Positions 54,546-63,382 of a DNA stretch of 64,000 nt are shown piece by piece; the stretch's first letter is position 1; every line of letters starts with the position of its first letter. The position numbers were made by a program, and so were the translations under genes. Location of the stretch: the IMG/VR virus record IMGVR_UViG_3300005327_000002, positions 1 to 64,000 of that record; one strand, written 5' to 3'. This DNA is from a virus. The notes under the pieces were generated by a model. That model was not told the origin of the DNA, did no database searches, and saw nothing but the letters and a program-made list of their open reading frames with translations.

Positions 54546-57500
54546 CAGACCCACGCCCCCTGGACGGAGGAGCCGAACAGGGAGCCGACGCGGGCGGCCA
54601 CCAGGTTGGCCAGCAGCCGGGAGTCCTGCGCCTGCGACTGGATCACGAACGTCTGGGTGACCTGGGCGCCGCCGTCCGGCTGCTGGCCGTCGCGGCGCTG
54701 GATCATCGCGGTAAGGCCGGACAGGTCGGCCAGCTGCAGCGCCCGCTGGCGGTTGGTCAGCGGGATGACGACCTCCGCCCCGGCCTCACCGATCAGCGCG
54801 GTGGTGGGGCCGGTGACGATCGCGCCCCGGGCCAGGCGGGGAATGTGCGGGATGTCCACCGGGGAGAAGTCGTTGAAGCCGTCGGCAAACTTGTTGATCA
54901 GGTCGATTCCCTGATTGATCATCGCCTTCAGTCCGGACCAGATGGTGGAGCCGAAGGACGACAGCGCGGAGCCGATCTTGCCCGGCAGGCCGGAGAAGAA
55001 GCCCGCGATCCGGTCGATCCCCTCCGAAGCTTTCTGACCGGCCCAGGACAGGGCGCTTGACACGGCGTCACCGACCGAACTGCCCAGCGACGCAAGGGCG
55101 TTGTAGGCCCGGCCGGGCAGCGCGCGGAACCACGCCAGGACGGCGTCACCCCAGGACGGCAGGGTGACCGCCACGAAGTTGATCGCGGATTCGAAGACGC
55201 TTGCGATCATGGAACCCAGGGACGACAGGGCAGAGCCGATCCGGCCCGGCAGGTCCTTGAACCACTGCAGGACGGCGTCGATCGCGGCCGGGATCGCCTG
55301 GATCAGGAACTGCACGGCCCCGATCACGACCGATACGAGCATGCCCGCCAGCGCACCCAGGGCGTACGCGATCCGGCCGGGCAGCGCCGCGAAGAAGTCC
55401 ACCACGGCCTGGAACCACACCGGCAGGGTCTCCGTCACGAACGACGCCGCCGCCGTCCAGGCCGCCGTCAGCCCTTGCACCAGCAGGTCGCCCAGGGAGG
55501 AGAACCAGCCGGGCACCGTGACCGTGAAGAAGTCGGCCACGGCCGTGCCGATCGGCGCCAGCCACTCACCGATCTTGCCCGCCAGGCCGACGACAGCGCC
55601 GACGATCGCGGCGCCGATCGCCACCGCGATCACTGTAGGCAGCGCCGCGAAGAACAGCACCACCTTGGCCGCGATGGGCCCCCACTGGTCGATGCTGGAG
55701 CCGATCTTGTCACCCAGGGAGAAGACGGCGGACAGCACCTTCGGCGCGGCATCCTCCACCCCCTGGGCAACCTTTTCGATCAGCTGGCCGCCCAGGTCAA
55801 GGGCCGCCTTCGCCAGCGGCGGCCCGTACGTCTTCGCCCCGTCGATCAAGGACCCGATCACCCGGGCGCCGGTCTCCTTCAGATCCGGCCAGGCCTTCTT
55901 CAGGTTGTCCGCCGCCTGGGAGATCGCGGTCTTCAGGGCGGGCAGCGCGTCCTCCACGGACGCTTCGAACTCCCCGATCCCGGAGAAGTCCCCGGAGAAG
56001 ATCCCGCCCAGCAGCGTCCGGGCGTTGCGCGCCACGGACTGCAGCTTCGTACCCAGGTTGTCGCGCAGGGCGTCCGCCGCCTTGTCGCTGGCCCCGGCGA
56101 CGTCGCCCAGCGACTGGGCGGCGGTCTGCAGGTTCAGGTTGAAGAAGGCCTCACCCTGGGTGATGCCCGGGTCACCGAACAGGGCGCGCACCGCGTTGAC
56201 CGCGTCCTGCGACCCGGGCCCCAGCTCCCGGATTCGGTCCAGGACCTTTCCCAGCCCGGCCCGGGCGGAGTCACCGCCCTTCAGCACCTGGGCGGACAGG
56301 TCGTCGAAGTCGATCCCGATCGCCTTCAGGGCATCGGTGGTCCCCTGCGCCTCCGTGGTGGCCTTCTCGAAGAACTGCGTGATGCCGTCGGCCAGGGCGT
56401 CGCTGTCCTTGGCGCCCTTCTGCAGGCCCTGGTTGAGCAGGCCCATGGCGTCGCTGGCGTTCAGGCCCAGCTGGTGGAACATCACCGGGTACTCGGAGAA
56501 GGTGTCCAGCAGGTCGTCCGCGATGCCCACGTTCAGCTGCTGGCCCCGGATCAGGATGTCCATGGCCTCCTGGGCGGACCCGGCCAGCTGGTTCTTCAGG
56601 ATCGTGGACACCGCCCGCGCGGCGCCGCCCACGTCCCCCTCCAGGACCGTGGCCACGTCCTGCAGCTTCGTGGACAGCCCCTCCAGCCCCAGGCCCGTGG
56701 TGTCGAAGTTCAGCAGCCCCTGGCGCAGCACCTGCTTGACGGCGTCGGCGCCCTCCTCCACGGAGTCCGTGACGCCCTTGGTGTACAGGTGCCCGGCCAC
56801 GGTCCCGGCTTCGTGCGCGGCGTCGTCGCTGGCCCCCAGGGCGGCCCGCAGCGAGCCCTCCAGGACCTGGCGGTCCATCATCTGGGAGAAGGCCTCCGTG
56901 AACTGCTCCCGGACCGTGTCGGCGACCTTCAGGAACACGCCCACGGTGATGGCGGCCGCCGCCGCCACGGCCGCCGCAGCCCCGGCCTTGGCCGACGCCC
57001 CGAAGGACGCCATGAAGCCGCCCCCGGCCTCCTCCCCGGCCGCGTCGATGCCCTCCGTGTCGGCGTCCACCTCCACGGTCACCGGGTCCGCTTCGATCCC
57101 GTCGATCTCCGCTTCGGCCCGGGAGGTGTCGGCCGTGACCTCCACCTGGACGCGCTGCGCCGCGTCCCCGACGTCGCGCACCTCCGACTCCGCGCGGGAG
57201 GTGTCCGCGATCACGTCGATCTGGACCACCTCACCGTCCAGGCGGTCGATCTCCCGGGCGACGTCGCCGGTGTCGGCGTCCACCTGGACTTCGACGTCCG
57301 GCACCCGGGTGGACTCGATCTCCTGGACCAGGCCGTCCGTGTCGGCGGTCACCTCCACGTCGGCGGTCAGGTCCTGGGAGGCGCGGTCCAGGTCGCGGCG
57401 CAGCCCCTGCAGCAGCTCCCGGGCGTCGGCGGTCAGGGCGATGCTGGCGGTGATCCCGCCGATCGCGTCGCGCACCGCCCGGGCGAAGCCGTTCAGGTCG

Positions 57501-57616
57501 GGGGCCATCTTGACCTTGAAGGCGGGCATCCGCGCCAGCTTGCGGGCCAGGTCCTGCTGGAACTTGGCCGTGTCCGCTTCTACTTCAACCGCCGCTGTGG
57601 CGTAGGGAGTTGACAC
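54545..57616 (-). CDS. Tape measure protein
   Basis: Ala/Gly-rich helical protein, DLLDTFSEY tape-measure motif, periodic W/F repeats, LARGAIVTGPTTALIGEAG.E.VIPL C-terminus. Confidence 0.9.
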   Translation of the reverse strand: MSTPYATAAVEVEADTAKFQQDLARKLARMPAFKVKMAPDLNGFARAVRDAIGGITASIALTADARELLQGLRRDLDRASQDLTADVEVTADTDGLVQEIESTRVPDVEVQVDADTGDVAREIDRLDGEVVQIDVIADTSRAESEVRDVGDAAQRVQVEVTADTSRAEAEIDGIEADPVTVEVDADTEGIDAAGEEAGGGFMASFGASAKAGAAAAVAAAAAITVGVFLKVADTVREQFTEAFSQMMDRQVLEGSLRAALGASDDAAHEAGTVAGHLYTKGVTDSVEEGADAVKQVLRQGLLNFDTTGLGLEGLSTKLQDVATVLEGDVGGAARAVSTILKNQLAGSAQEAMDILIRGQQLNVGIADDLLDTFSEYPVMFHQLGLNASDAMGLLNQGLQKGAKDSDALADGITQFFEKATTEAQGTTDALKAIGIDFDDLSAQVLKGGDSARAGLGKVLDRIRELGPGSQDAVNAVRALFGDPGITQGEAFFNLNLQTAAQSLGDVAGASDKAADALRDNLGTKLQSVARNARTLLGGIFSGDFSGIGEFEASVEDALPALKTAISQAADNLKKAWPDLKETGARVIGSLIDGAKTYGPPLAKAALDLGGQLIEKVAQGVEDAAPKVLSAVFSLGDKIGSSIDQWGPIAAKVVLFFAALPTVIAVAIGAAIVGAVVGLAGKIGEWLAPIGTAVADFFTVTVPGWFSSLGDLLVQGLTAAWTAAASFVTETLPVWFQAVVDFFAALPGRIAYALGALAGMLVSVVIGAVQFLIQAIPAAIDAVLQWFKDLPGRIGSALSSLGSMIASVFESAINFVAVTLPSWGDAVLAWFRALPGRAYNALASLGSSVGDAVSSALSWAGQKASEGIDRIAGFFSGLPGKIGSALSSFGSTIWSGLKAMINQGIDLINKFADGFNDFSPVDIPHIPRLARGAIVTGPTTALIGEAGAEVVIPLTNRQRALQLADLSGLTAMIQRRDGQQPDGGAQVTQTFVIQSQAQDSRLLANLVAARVGSLFGSSVQGAWV

Positions 57617-57620
57617 GTGC

Positions 57621-58103
57621 TCACCCCCTGGCCTTCACGCCGGGCGGGGGCATGAACATGCGGGTGGACCAGCCCTTGACCTCCGCCGGGCCGTCCATCC
57701 GCTCCACCCGGTAGGCCACCGCGCTGGCCAGGATGCGCCGGGCGTCCTCCCGCTCCGGGTCGAAGCCCCTGCGCACGCACCACACCGTCCACGCCAGGTG
57801 CTCCTCCGCGACCTCCAGGAGGATGCGGTGGGCGGCCCACCACGGCATGCCGTACACCTGCTCCGCGACCGCGAAGGCCACCGGGCGCAGCGCCATGTAG
57901 TCCAGGACGTCGTCCGGGTCCTCCAGGCGCTCCTGCCACCAGGCGCGCTGATCGTCCGGCAGGTGGCCGGGGAACAGCGGGCGCCAGTCGTCGGCGGCCG
58001 CCCAGGTGCACGCCAGCGGTCCCGGCGGCTGCTCCATGGTGACCAGGTAGGCCTGGCCGTCCATGTCCACCGGGACAGCGACGGGGGCGACGGTGCCGAA
58101 CAC
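57621..58103 (-). CDS. Tail assembly chaperone (second)
   Basis: Immediately upstream of tape measure; G.PWWAA motif. Confidence 0.55.
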   Translation of the reverse strand: MFGTVAPVAVPVDMDGQAYLVTMEQPPGPLACTWAAADDWRPLFPGHLPDDQRAWWQERLEDPDDVLDYMALRPVAFAVAEQVYGMPWWAAHRILLEVAEEHLAWTVWCVRRGFDPEREDARRILASAVAYRVERMDGPAEVKGWSTRMFMPPPGVKARG

Positions 58104-58105
58104 CG

Positions 58106-58576
58106 TCAGCGGCGACCGGCCGCCACGGCGGCGCGGCGGGTGGAGGACTTCTTCGCCGGGGAGGCGGCCTTCTTCACCGGGATGGTGCGCGGCTTCTGGC
58201 CGGAGCCGATGGCCTTCAGCTGCTCCTGGACCTGGTCACCCCAGCGCGGGCCGTCCGGGTCGTTCAGCAGGTACTGGGTCAGCTGGTACAGCGTCGTGAT
58301 CGACACCTCCCCGTTGTCCGGGTCCAGCAGCATGGCCTCCACCCGGGCGGCCGGTTCGGTGCCCAGCATGGCGGCCATGAAGCGGGTGACCAGAGACAGG
58401 GAGCGCTTCTCCTCCTGGTAGATCATCACCAGGACGGAGTCCTTCGGGCAGTGCGCTTCGAAGACCTCCCCGCCGATGCGGACCCAGGCGGTGCGCCCGG
58501 TCTTCGTGGCCAGGGCGGCGGTGTCGATCTCGACAGCGGGGGTGGCGGGCGCGGCGGCGCGGGGCATCGGGGGCAC
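58106..58576 (-). CDS. Tail assembly chaperone (first)
   Basis: Position; F.A.CPKD...R.EAML.DP motif; SD GGAAG. Confidence 0.6.
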   Translation of the reverse strand: MPPMPRAAAPATPAVEIDTAALATKTGRTAWVRIGGEVFEAHCPKDSVLVMIYQEEKRSLSLVTRFMAAMLGTEPAARVEAMLLDPDNGEVSITTLYQLTQYLLNDPDGPRWGDQVQEQLKAIGSGQKPRTIPVKKAASPAKKSSTRRAAVAAGRR

Positions 58577-58741
58577 CTTCCGGTAGGACCACCGACGACT
58601 CCCGGGGAGGGGGGCGCCGCCGGTGGATCTGGCAGCGGTCCCGCCCGGGGCGGCGGTACGGCCTGGTGCGACCTACACCCGATGTGACCCAGTATGCACC
58701 TTCTGTGACCCGGCCTGGTGGACCCGGCTACGCTCCGACGC

Positions 58742-59302
58742 ATGACCGGAGCCCCGCACCGCTGCATCGACGCCTGCCACTGCCCCGACCACGGCACCCC
58801 GCTGCTGTTCGCCCCCGCCAGCGGGGAGCACGCCTGCCCGGACGCGGACTGCCGGTACTCCGGCGGCCTGGAGAGCGCGGAGGAGGCCCGGCGCACCGGC
58901 CTGTGGCTGAACGACGCCGCCGTGGACCACGGCTTCATCCAGGCCTGCATGTACGCGGGCCTGTGGACCGCCCGGAACGGAGCCGACCGGGCGGCCGGGG
59001 AGCTGCTGGACGCCCTGTACGCCCAGTCCAGGCTGCGCAAGCTGGCCGCCGGGAAGGCCCGGACCGGGGAAGGGGACAGCGCCTACGGGCCCGGCACGCC
59101 GTACCTGGAGCACCTGGTGCTGCGCCAGCACCTGGCCCTGGTGGCGGAGGGGACCGGTCCGGCCGACCCGCTGGTGACCGACCACGCCACCCTGCAGCAC
59201 GCCGCAGAGCGCGCCGGGTACCTGCTCACCCCGGAGCAGCGGGAGGAGATCCAGACCGTCGGCCAGCCCCTGGACTTCACCGTCCCGCCGCCCGGCCGCT
59301 AG
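58742..59302 (+). CDS. Hypothetical protein with N-terminal Zn-finger, inserted antisense in the late operon
   Basis: CPDH...HACPDADC; convergent stop overlap with 59299. Confidence 0.6.
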   Translation: MTGAPHRCIDACHCPDHGTPLLFAPASGEHACPDADCRYSGGLESAEEARRTGLWLNDAAVDHGFIQACMYAGLWTARNGADRAAGELLDALYAQSRLRKLAAGKARTGEGDSAYGPGTPYLEHLVLRQHLALVAEGTGPADPLVTDHATLQHAAERAGYLLTPEQREEIQTVGQPLDFTVPPPGR

Positions 59303-59685
59303 TCGTTCTCCCGGATCGCGTACCGGTCGCCCAGCAGCTCCTTCAGCGCGTCGACCAGCCACGGCTGCGCGGCGGCCGCCCGCACCCGGCGCACGAAGCG
59401 CGGATAGGGGGATGGCAGCGGGCCCAGCACCTTGCCCGGCCGGGCCTGCACGGGACCGCGCCCCTGGTGGACGTACGGGGCGTAGGGGATCGCGGTGTAG
59501 ACCCAGCCGCGCACCCGGGTGCCCTCCGTCCAGACCTTGAACTTCTGCGACTTCCACAGGTCCCCGTCACGCTCCGGCGCGGTGCGCAGCGCCCGGTTCC
59601 AGACCCGCATCACGTCCCGCTCCACGGCCCCGCTGACCGCGTCCAGCAGGACGTCATCCCTCACCGTCAACAGCCTGATGGCCAT
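59299..59685 (-). CDS. HK97 gp10-like neck/tail completion protein
   Basis: AP.RDG.L..S...YA.YVH.G...QPWL.DAL; SD GGAAGGAG. Confidence 0.7.
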   Translation of the reverse strand: MAIRLLTVRDDVLLDAVSGAVERDVMRVWNRALRTAPERDGDLWKSQKFKVWTEGTRVRGWVYTAIPYAPYVHQGRGPVQARPGKVLGPLPSPYPRFVRRVRAAAAQPWLVDALKELLGDRYAIREND

Positions 59686-59899
59686 CTTCGAACTCCTTCC
59701 ACGCGGTCCAGTGGGACAGGTCCCCGACGACGTCCACGAACACCGGGGCGCGCGGCGCCGGGACGGTGCCGGGGTCCAGGTCGTCGTAGGCGCCTTCGTC
59801 GGCGTACCGGTGGCAGCGCCCGCAGTAGCGGTGCTTGGCGTCGGCCGGGTGCTGCGACGTCGCGGTGCAGTGCGGGCAGGTGTAGGCCACGGCGGTCAC
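59654..59899 (-). CDS. Small Zn-finger protein
   Basis: TCPHC..TS.HP.D..HRYCGRCH. Confidence 0.6.
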   Translation of the reverse strand: MTAVAYTCPHCTATSQHPADAKHRYCGRCHRYADEGAYDDLDPGTVPAPRAPVFVDVVGDLSHWTAWKEFEDGHQAVDGEG

Positions 59900-60288
59900 T
59901 TCCCCGGGGCGTAGGACGGCGGCCGGTGCCGCCAGGCGGTGCGCGTGGCACAGGCCATGTTGGTCAGCACGACGCCCAGGGCCACGCCGACGTAGTACCA
60001 GATCCCGGCGGAGGGGAGCAGCAGCACGGTGCCGATGCCGACCAGGAGCCCGTCCACGGCCACCTCCGCAGCGACCACCCGCCAGCCGGTCCAGCGGCGG
60101 CGCAGCCGGGGCGTGATGTGCGTCCACGCCGTCCAGGCGGCCACCAGCCACGCGGCCGTCCCGGCCACCAGCAGGGCGGCGCCGTCCGGGCCCGCGCGGT
60201 GCAGCGCCCGGGCGAAGGAGCCCAGGAGCAGCACCGCCAGCATCCACAGGACCAGGGCCCAGCCCGCGTCTGTCATGAACCTGCGCAT
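59896..60288 (-). CDS. Four-TM membrane protein
   Basis: Hydrophobic segments; start uncertain (60276/60288/60297). Confidence 0.55.
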   Translation of the reverse strand: MRRFMTDAGWALVLWMLAVLLLGSFARALHRAGPDGAALLVAGTAAWLVAAWTAWTHITPRLRRRWTGWRVVAAEVAVDGLLVGIGTVLLLPSAGIWYYVGVALGVVLTNMACATRTAWRHRPPSYAPGK

Positions 60289-60290
60289 GA

Positions 60291-60434
60291 TCACCATCCG
60301 ATCCAGCGTCCGAAGACGCACCAGACAATGCCGATGTACGTCAGCAGGGAGCCGCCGACGACCAGCGCGGCCAGCGCGGTGGACTCCGCGAACCGGCGCA
60401 GCGTCCGGCGCCACAGGGCCCTCCAGTCCGTCAC
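60291..60434 (-). CDS. 47-aa single-TM peptide (not in ORF track)
   Basis: SD GGGAGG + GTG; MTDWRALWRRTLRRFAESTALAALVVGGSLLTYIGIVWCVFGRWIGW. Confidence 0.45.
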   Translation of the reverse strand: MTDWRALWRRTLRRFAESTALAALVVGGSLLTYIGIVWCVFGRWIGW

Positions 60435-60446
60435 GCGGCCCTCCCC

Positions 60447-61997
60447 TCACCGGCCCGGCAGGCGGCGGCCCCCGGGCGACGTGCGGCCCTCCAGGCGCCG
60501 TCCGGCGCGGCCGCTGACGGTGTCCAGTCTGCGGGGCCCGGTCTCCTTCACCAGGTGCTCCGTCCCGGCGGGTCGCAGCAGGTTGATAGCGATGTACGCG
60601 GAGGCGTCCAGCGCGCCCGGGCTGTCGACCGACCCGGCGCGGTAGGAGGCCCACTGCCGCTGGAGGTGGGTGAGGCCGCCGACGAACAGGACGCGGCCCA
60701 TCGCCACCTCCTGGGCGACGGGCTCCGCCCGCAGCACCTTCCCGCGCAGCGCCCGCACCGAGATGATCGCGGGCATAAGGCCGCTGCGGGGCTTGCGGCT
60801 CCAGGCGGTGCGGATGGCCTGCTCCACCAGCCGGTTGGCGAAGTTGACCTCCAGCAGGATGCGGTCCGCCTGGGCGCGGTCGGCGATGTCGCACACCCGC
60901 TCCGGCCACTCCGTCACCGGCATCACGGCGGAGTCGTCGGCCGTGATGATCACCCGTTCGTCGTGGGTCTGGATACCGGTGATGATGCCGACTTCGTCCC
61001 CGCCGCCGCCGGACGGGTCGACCGCCACGACGACCAGGGACGCCTCCGGCAGCCGGGCCGCCGGGATGGTGGCCTCCTGGAGCTTGTCCCAGGAGATCAG
61101 CGCGCCCTCCCGGGGGTGCGGGTCGCCCTGGTACAGGGCGTGCCAGTCCAGCGCCAGCGGCAGGCCGGAGCGCTTGTCCTCCCAATGTTGCAGAAGACGC
61201 ACCACGTCCCGGTCCGGGATCTTCGGGTGCGTCAGCGGCTCCCCGTCACGCCTGCCCAACGGGTCCGTCCCGCCCGTCAGCTTCAGGTCCGCCAGCGCCG
61301 GGAGGTGGATCACCGACCACTTCCCGCCCTCCTCCGCCCGCCCCTCCCGGTCGATCAGGCGCAGCACCGGGTCCCGCTCCGTCCACAGCGTGCCGATCAT
61401 CACCACCGGGCTGGAGGGCGCCAGGCGCGTCAGCATGGACGACGACAGCCAGTCCCAGGCGGTCTGCTGCTCCGCCGGGCTCTCCGCCTGCGCGCGGTTC
61501 TTCCAGATGTCGTCCACCAGCACGATGTCCGCGTCGTAGCCGGTGATGCCGCCGCCGATGCCCGACGACTTCAGGCCGCCCCCGGCCGACGTCGACCACT
61601 CCGCCACCGACTTGGCGTCCCGCGCCAGCCGCACTCCGTACCGGCCGCCGATGTCCCGGACCAGGTTGCGCACCCGGCGTCCGTTGCGGTTGGCCAGGTT
61701 CTGGCCGTAGCTGGTCGTGATGATCTTCGTGTGCGGGTTGCGCATCAGCAGCCACGCCGGGGTCCACACGTTGGCCAGCTCCGTCTTGCCGACCTGCGGC
61801 GGCGTGATGATCGCCACCCGCGCGCCCGGGCGGCGCAGCGCGGCCGCCAGCTGCTCCCCGATCAGCTCCGTGTGCGCCCGGATCTTGAACCGGTCGCGGG
61901 GCGTGTGGCGGGCCGCCAGCAGGTGCGGGAAGCGCAGCGCCGCCAGGTCGGCGGAGCGCTGCTCCTGCGGGCTCTCACGCCGCTTCGTCGTCGGCAT
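60447..61997 (-). CDS. terL: Terminase large subunit (alternative start 62033)
   Basis: TPPQVGKT Walker A, ITGYDADIVLVDD Walker B, ALYQG.P, VVAVDPS...DEVGII, GK..RAEPV nuclease domain. Confidence 0.9.
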   Translation of the reverse strand: MPTTKRRESPQEQRSADLAALRFPHLLAARHTPRDRFKIRAHTELIGEQLAAALRRPGARVAIITPPQVGKTELANVWTPAWLLMRNPHTKIITTSYGQNLANRNGRRVRNLVRDIGGRYGVRLARDAKSVAEWSTSAGGGLKSSGIGGGITGYDADIVLVDDIWKNRAQAESPAEQQTAWDWLSSSMLTRLAPSSPVVMIGTLWTERDPVLRLIDREGRAEEGGKWSVIHLPALADLKLTGGTDPLGRRDGEPLTHPKIPDRDVVRLLQHWEDKRSGLPLALDWHALYQGDPHPREGALISWDKLQEATIPAARLPEASLVVVAVDPSGGGGDEVGIITGIQTHDERVIITADDSAVMPVTEWPERVCDIADRAQADRILLEVNFANRLVEQAIRTAWSRKPRSGLMPAIISVRALRGKVLRAEPVAQEVAMGRVLFVGGLTHLQRQWASYRAGSVDSPGALDASAYIAINLLRPAGTEHLVKETGPRRLDTVSGRAGRRLEGRTSPGGRRLPGR

Positions 61998-62529
61998 CGT
62001 CGCCCCCGGCCCCGGCGGGCGGGAAGAACTCATCGAAGCGGGCCACGGCGTCGTCCACGGCCGCCCGCAGGTCGTAGGAGTCGTCCTCCGCCGTGCCGTC
62101 CGGGATGACCGGGTGGGCGCTGCGCAGCGCGGTGGCCATGCGCATCACGTCGGCGGTCTGCACCCGCTCGATCGGCTGGCCCAGCAGGGACTCCGCCTTG
62201 TTGTTGATCAAGGTCATGACCTTCAGCACGGCGGAGGAGCGCAGCCGGGCGGCCTCCGTCAGGTCGGCCAGCACCCCGGCCCGGCTGTCCACCCGGTCGG
62301 CCAGCGACTGCTGCGCCTGCTCGGTGTCCCAGGCGATGGCGCGGGCGCTCCACCCCCAGTCGGCGGCCACCCGCCGCAGGTAGCTGTGGGACAGCCGCAG
62401 CACGTCCGCCGCGCGGTCCAGGCGGCGGTCCGGCAGCGCCAGCCAGTCCAGGAACCGTCCGTACTGCTTGTCCGGCTCCCCCGGCTGCTGCGCCCAGGCG
62501 TGTGGTCCGGTATCGGTGAGATCGTCCAT
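61975..62529 (-). CDS. Terminase small subunit-like protein
   Basis: W.QQPGE..KQY.RF..WL...W..RA.AWD; directly upstream of TerL; SD GGAGGA. Confidence 0.7.
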   Translation of the reverse strand: MDDLTDTGPHAWAQQPGEPDKQYGRFLDWLALPDRRLDRAADVLRLSHSYLRRVAADWGWSARAIAWDTEQAQQSLADRVDSRAGVLADLTEAARLRSSAVLKVMTLINNKAESLLGQPIERVQTADVMRMATALRSAHPVIPDGTAEDDSYDLRAAVDDAVARFDEFFPPAGAGGDDADDEAA

Positions 62530-62710
62530 TGTGTCCTCCGATGACCGATTGTGCCTGTCCGGGCACGCGGCGTGAAGATCACGGAGGGGGTGGGGTCCCG
62601 GGCGCTGGGGGGTCTCGGAGGTGAAAGGCCCTCTCTCCACCCATGGCGGCAGCACAGCGGCTTTGACGCCCGGGACAGCGGGACGGCGAGCCATGGAGCA
62701 CGCGAATCCG

Positions 62711-63073
62711 CTACGAGTCTGCGCCCAGGGGGGTGTGCACCGGGCGCGGCGCGCCGGGCATCGGCGGCAGGTATCCGCACACCAGGACGGCCAGCTTGTC
62801 GGTGGGGGAGGCGATGGCCAGGCCGGGCAGGTGCACCAGGCCCTGGTCCACCAGGTCGCGCAGCAGGGAGGCGGAGACGCGCGGGCCCAGCGGGCGCCCG
62901 TGCTTGCCCCGCAGGTCGGCCAGCTGGCGCAGCGTCACCCGGCGGCGCGCGGCGGCGGCCCAGGTGACGTAGGAGAAGACGATCAGGTGTTCCACGTCCA
63001 TGGTCGCCACGTCGTCGGCGTCCAGGGGCGTCGGCCGGGTGTGCCGGTGGGGGCGGGCGTCGGTCACGGTCAT
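62711..63073 (-). CDS. Hypothetical protein, possible winged helix
   Basis: TLRQLAD...VSASLLRDLVDQGLV. Confidence 0.5.
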   Translation of the reverse strand: MTVTDARPHRHTRPTPLDADDVATMDVEHLIVFSYVTWAAAARRRVTLRQLADLRGKHGRPLGPRVSASLLRDLVDQGLVHLPGLAIASPTDKLAVLVCGYLPPMPGAPRPVHTPLGADS

Positions 63074-63131
63074 GATCCCCAGGGTGCGGCCCGTACGTCC
63101 CGGGCCCGGGTGTTCGAGCGCCGTCCGGCGT

Positions 63132-63318
63132 GTCCCTACCCGCCCTTCGGTCGCGTCCCTAGTCCCTAGTCCCTAGCGCCCGCGCTCACTCTTCCGAACC
63201 GTTGACACCTCTCTGACCTGCTGTTACGCGCGATAACACACACAGCTGATGTCCGTTTTGTACACATTTATATAGTGGAGAGCGAGCGCGCCAGTCCCTA
63301 GAACTAGGGACTAGGGAC
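63132..63318. repeat. GTCCCTA heptamer array (5 direct, 2 inverted) framing an AT-rich core; candidate origin or packaging site
   Basis: Copies at 63132, 63155, 63162, 63169, 63294 and inverted at 63305, 63312; core TACACATTTATATAG. Confidence 0.7.
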
Positions 63319-63337
63319 ACCCTGCTGCGGGCACGCG

Positions 63338-63372
63338 AAAGGCCCCCCGGGCTGCTCGCCGGGGGGCCCTTT
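63338..63372. terminator. Terminator after 63383 ORF
   Basis: ggccccccgg...ccggggggcc with flanking A/T tracts. Confidence 0.65.
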
Positions 63373-63382
63373 GTTCGAACGG

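Noticed and set aside
57050-57370. VEV(T/D)ADT repeats at the start of the tape measure gene
   Set aside because: In-frame protein-level repeats common in actinophage tape measures
57621-58576. Programmed -1 frameshift between tail chaperones
   Set aside because: No convincing XXXYYYZ slippery site seen near the end of the first ORF
63132-63318. Telomere-like reading of TAGGGAC repeats
   Set aside because: Internal, flanked by genes on both sides, and unlike the multi-palindrome ends of Streptomyces linear replicons
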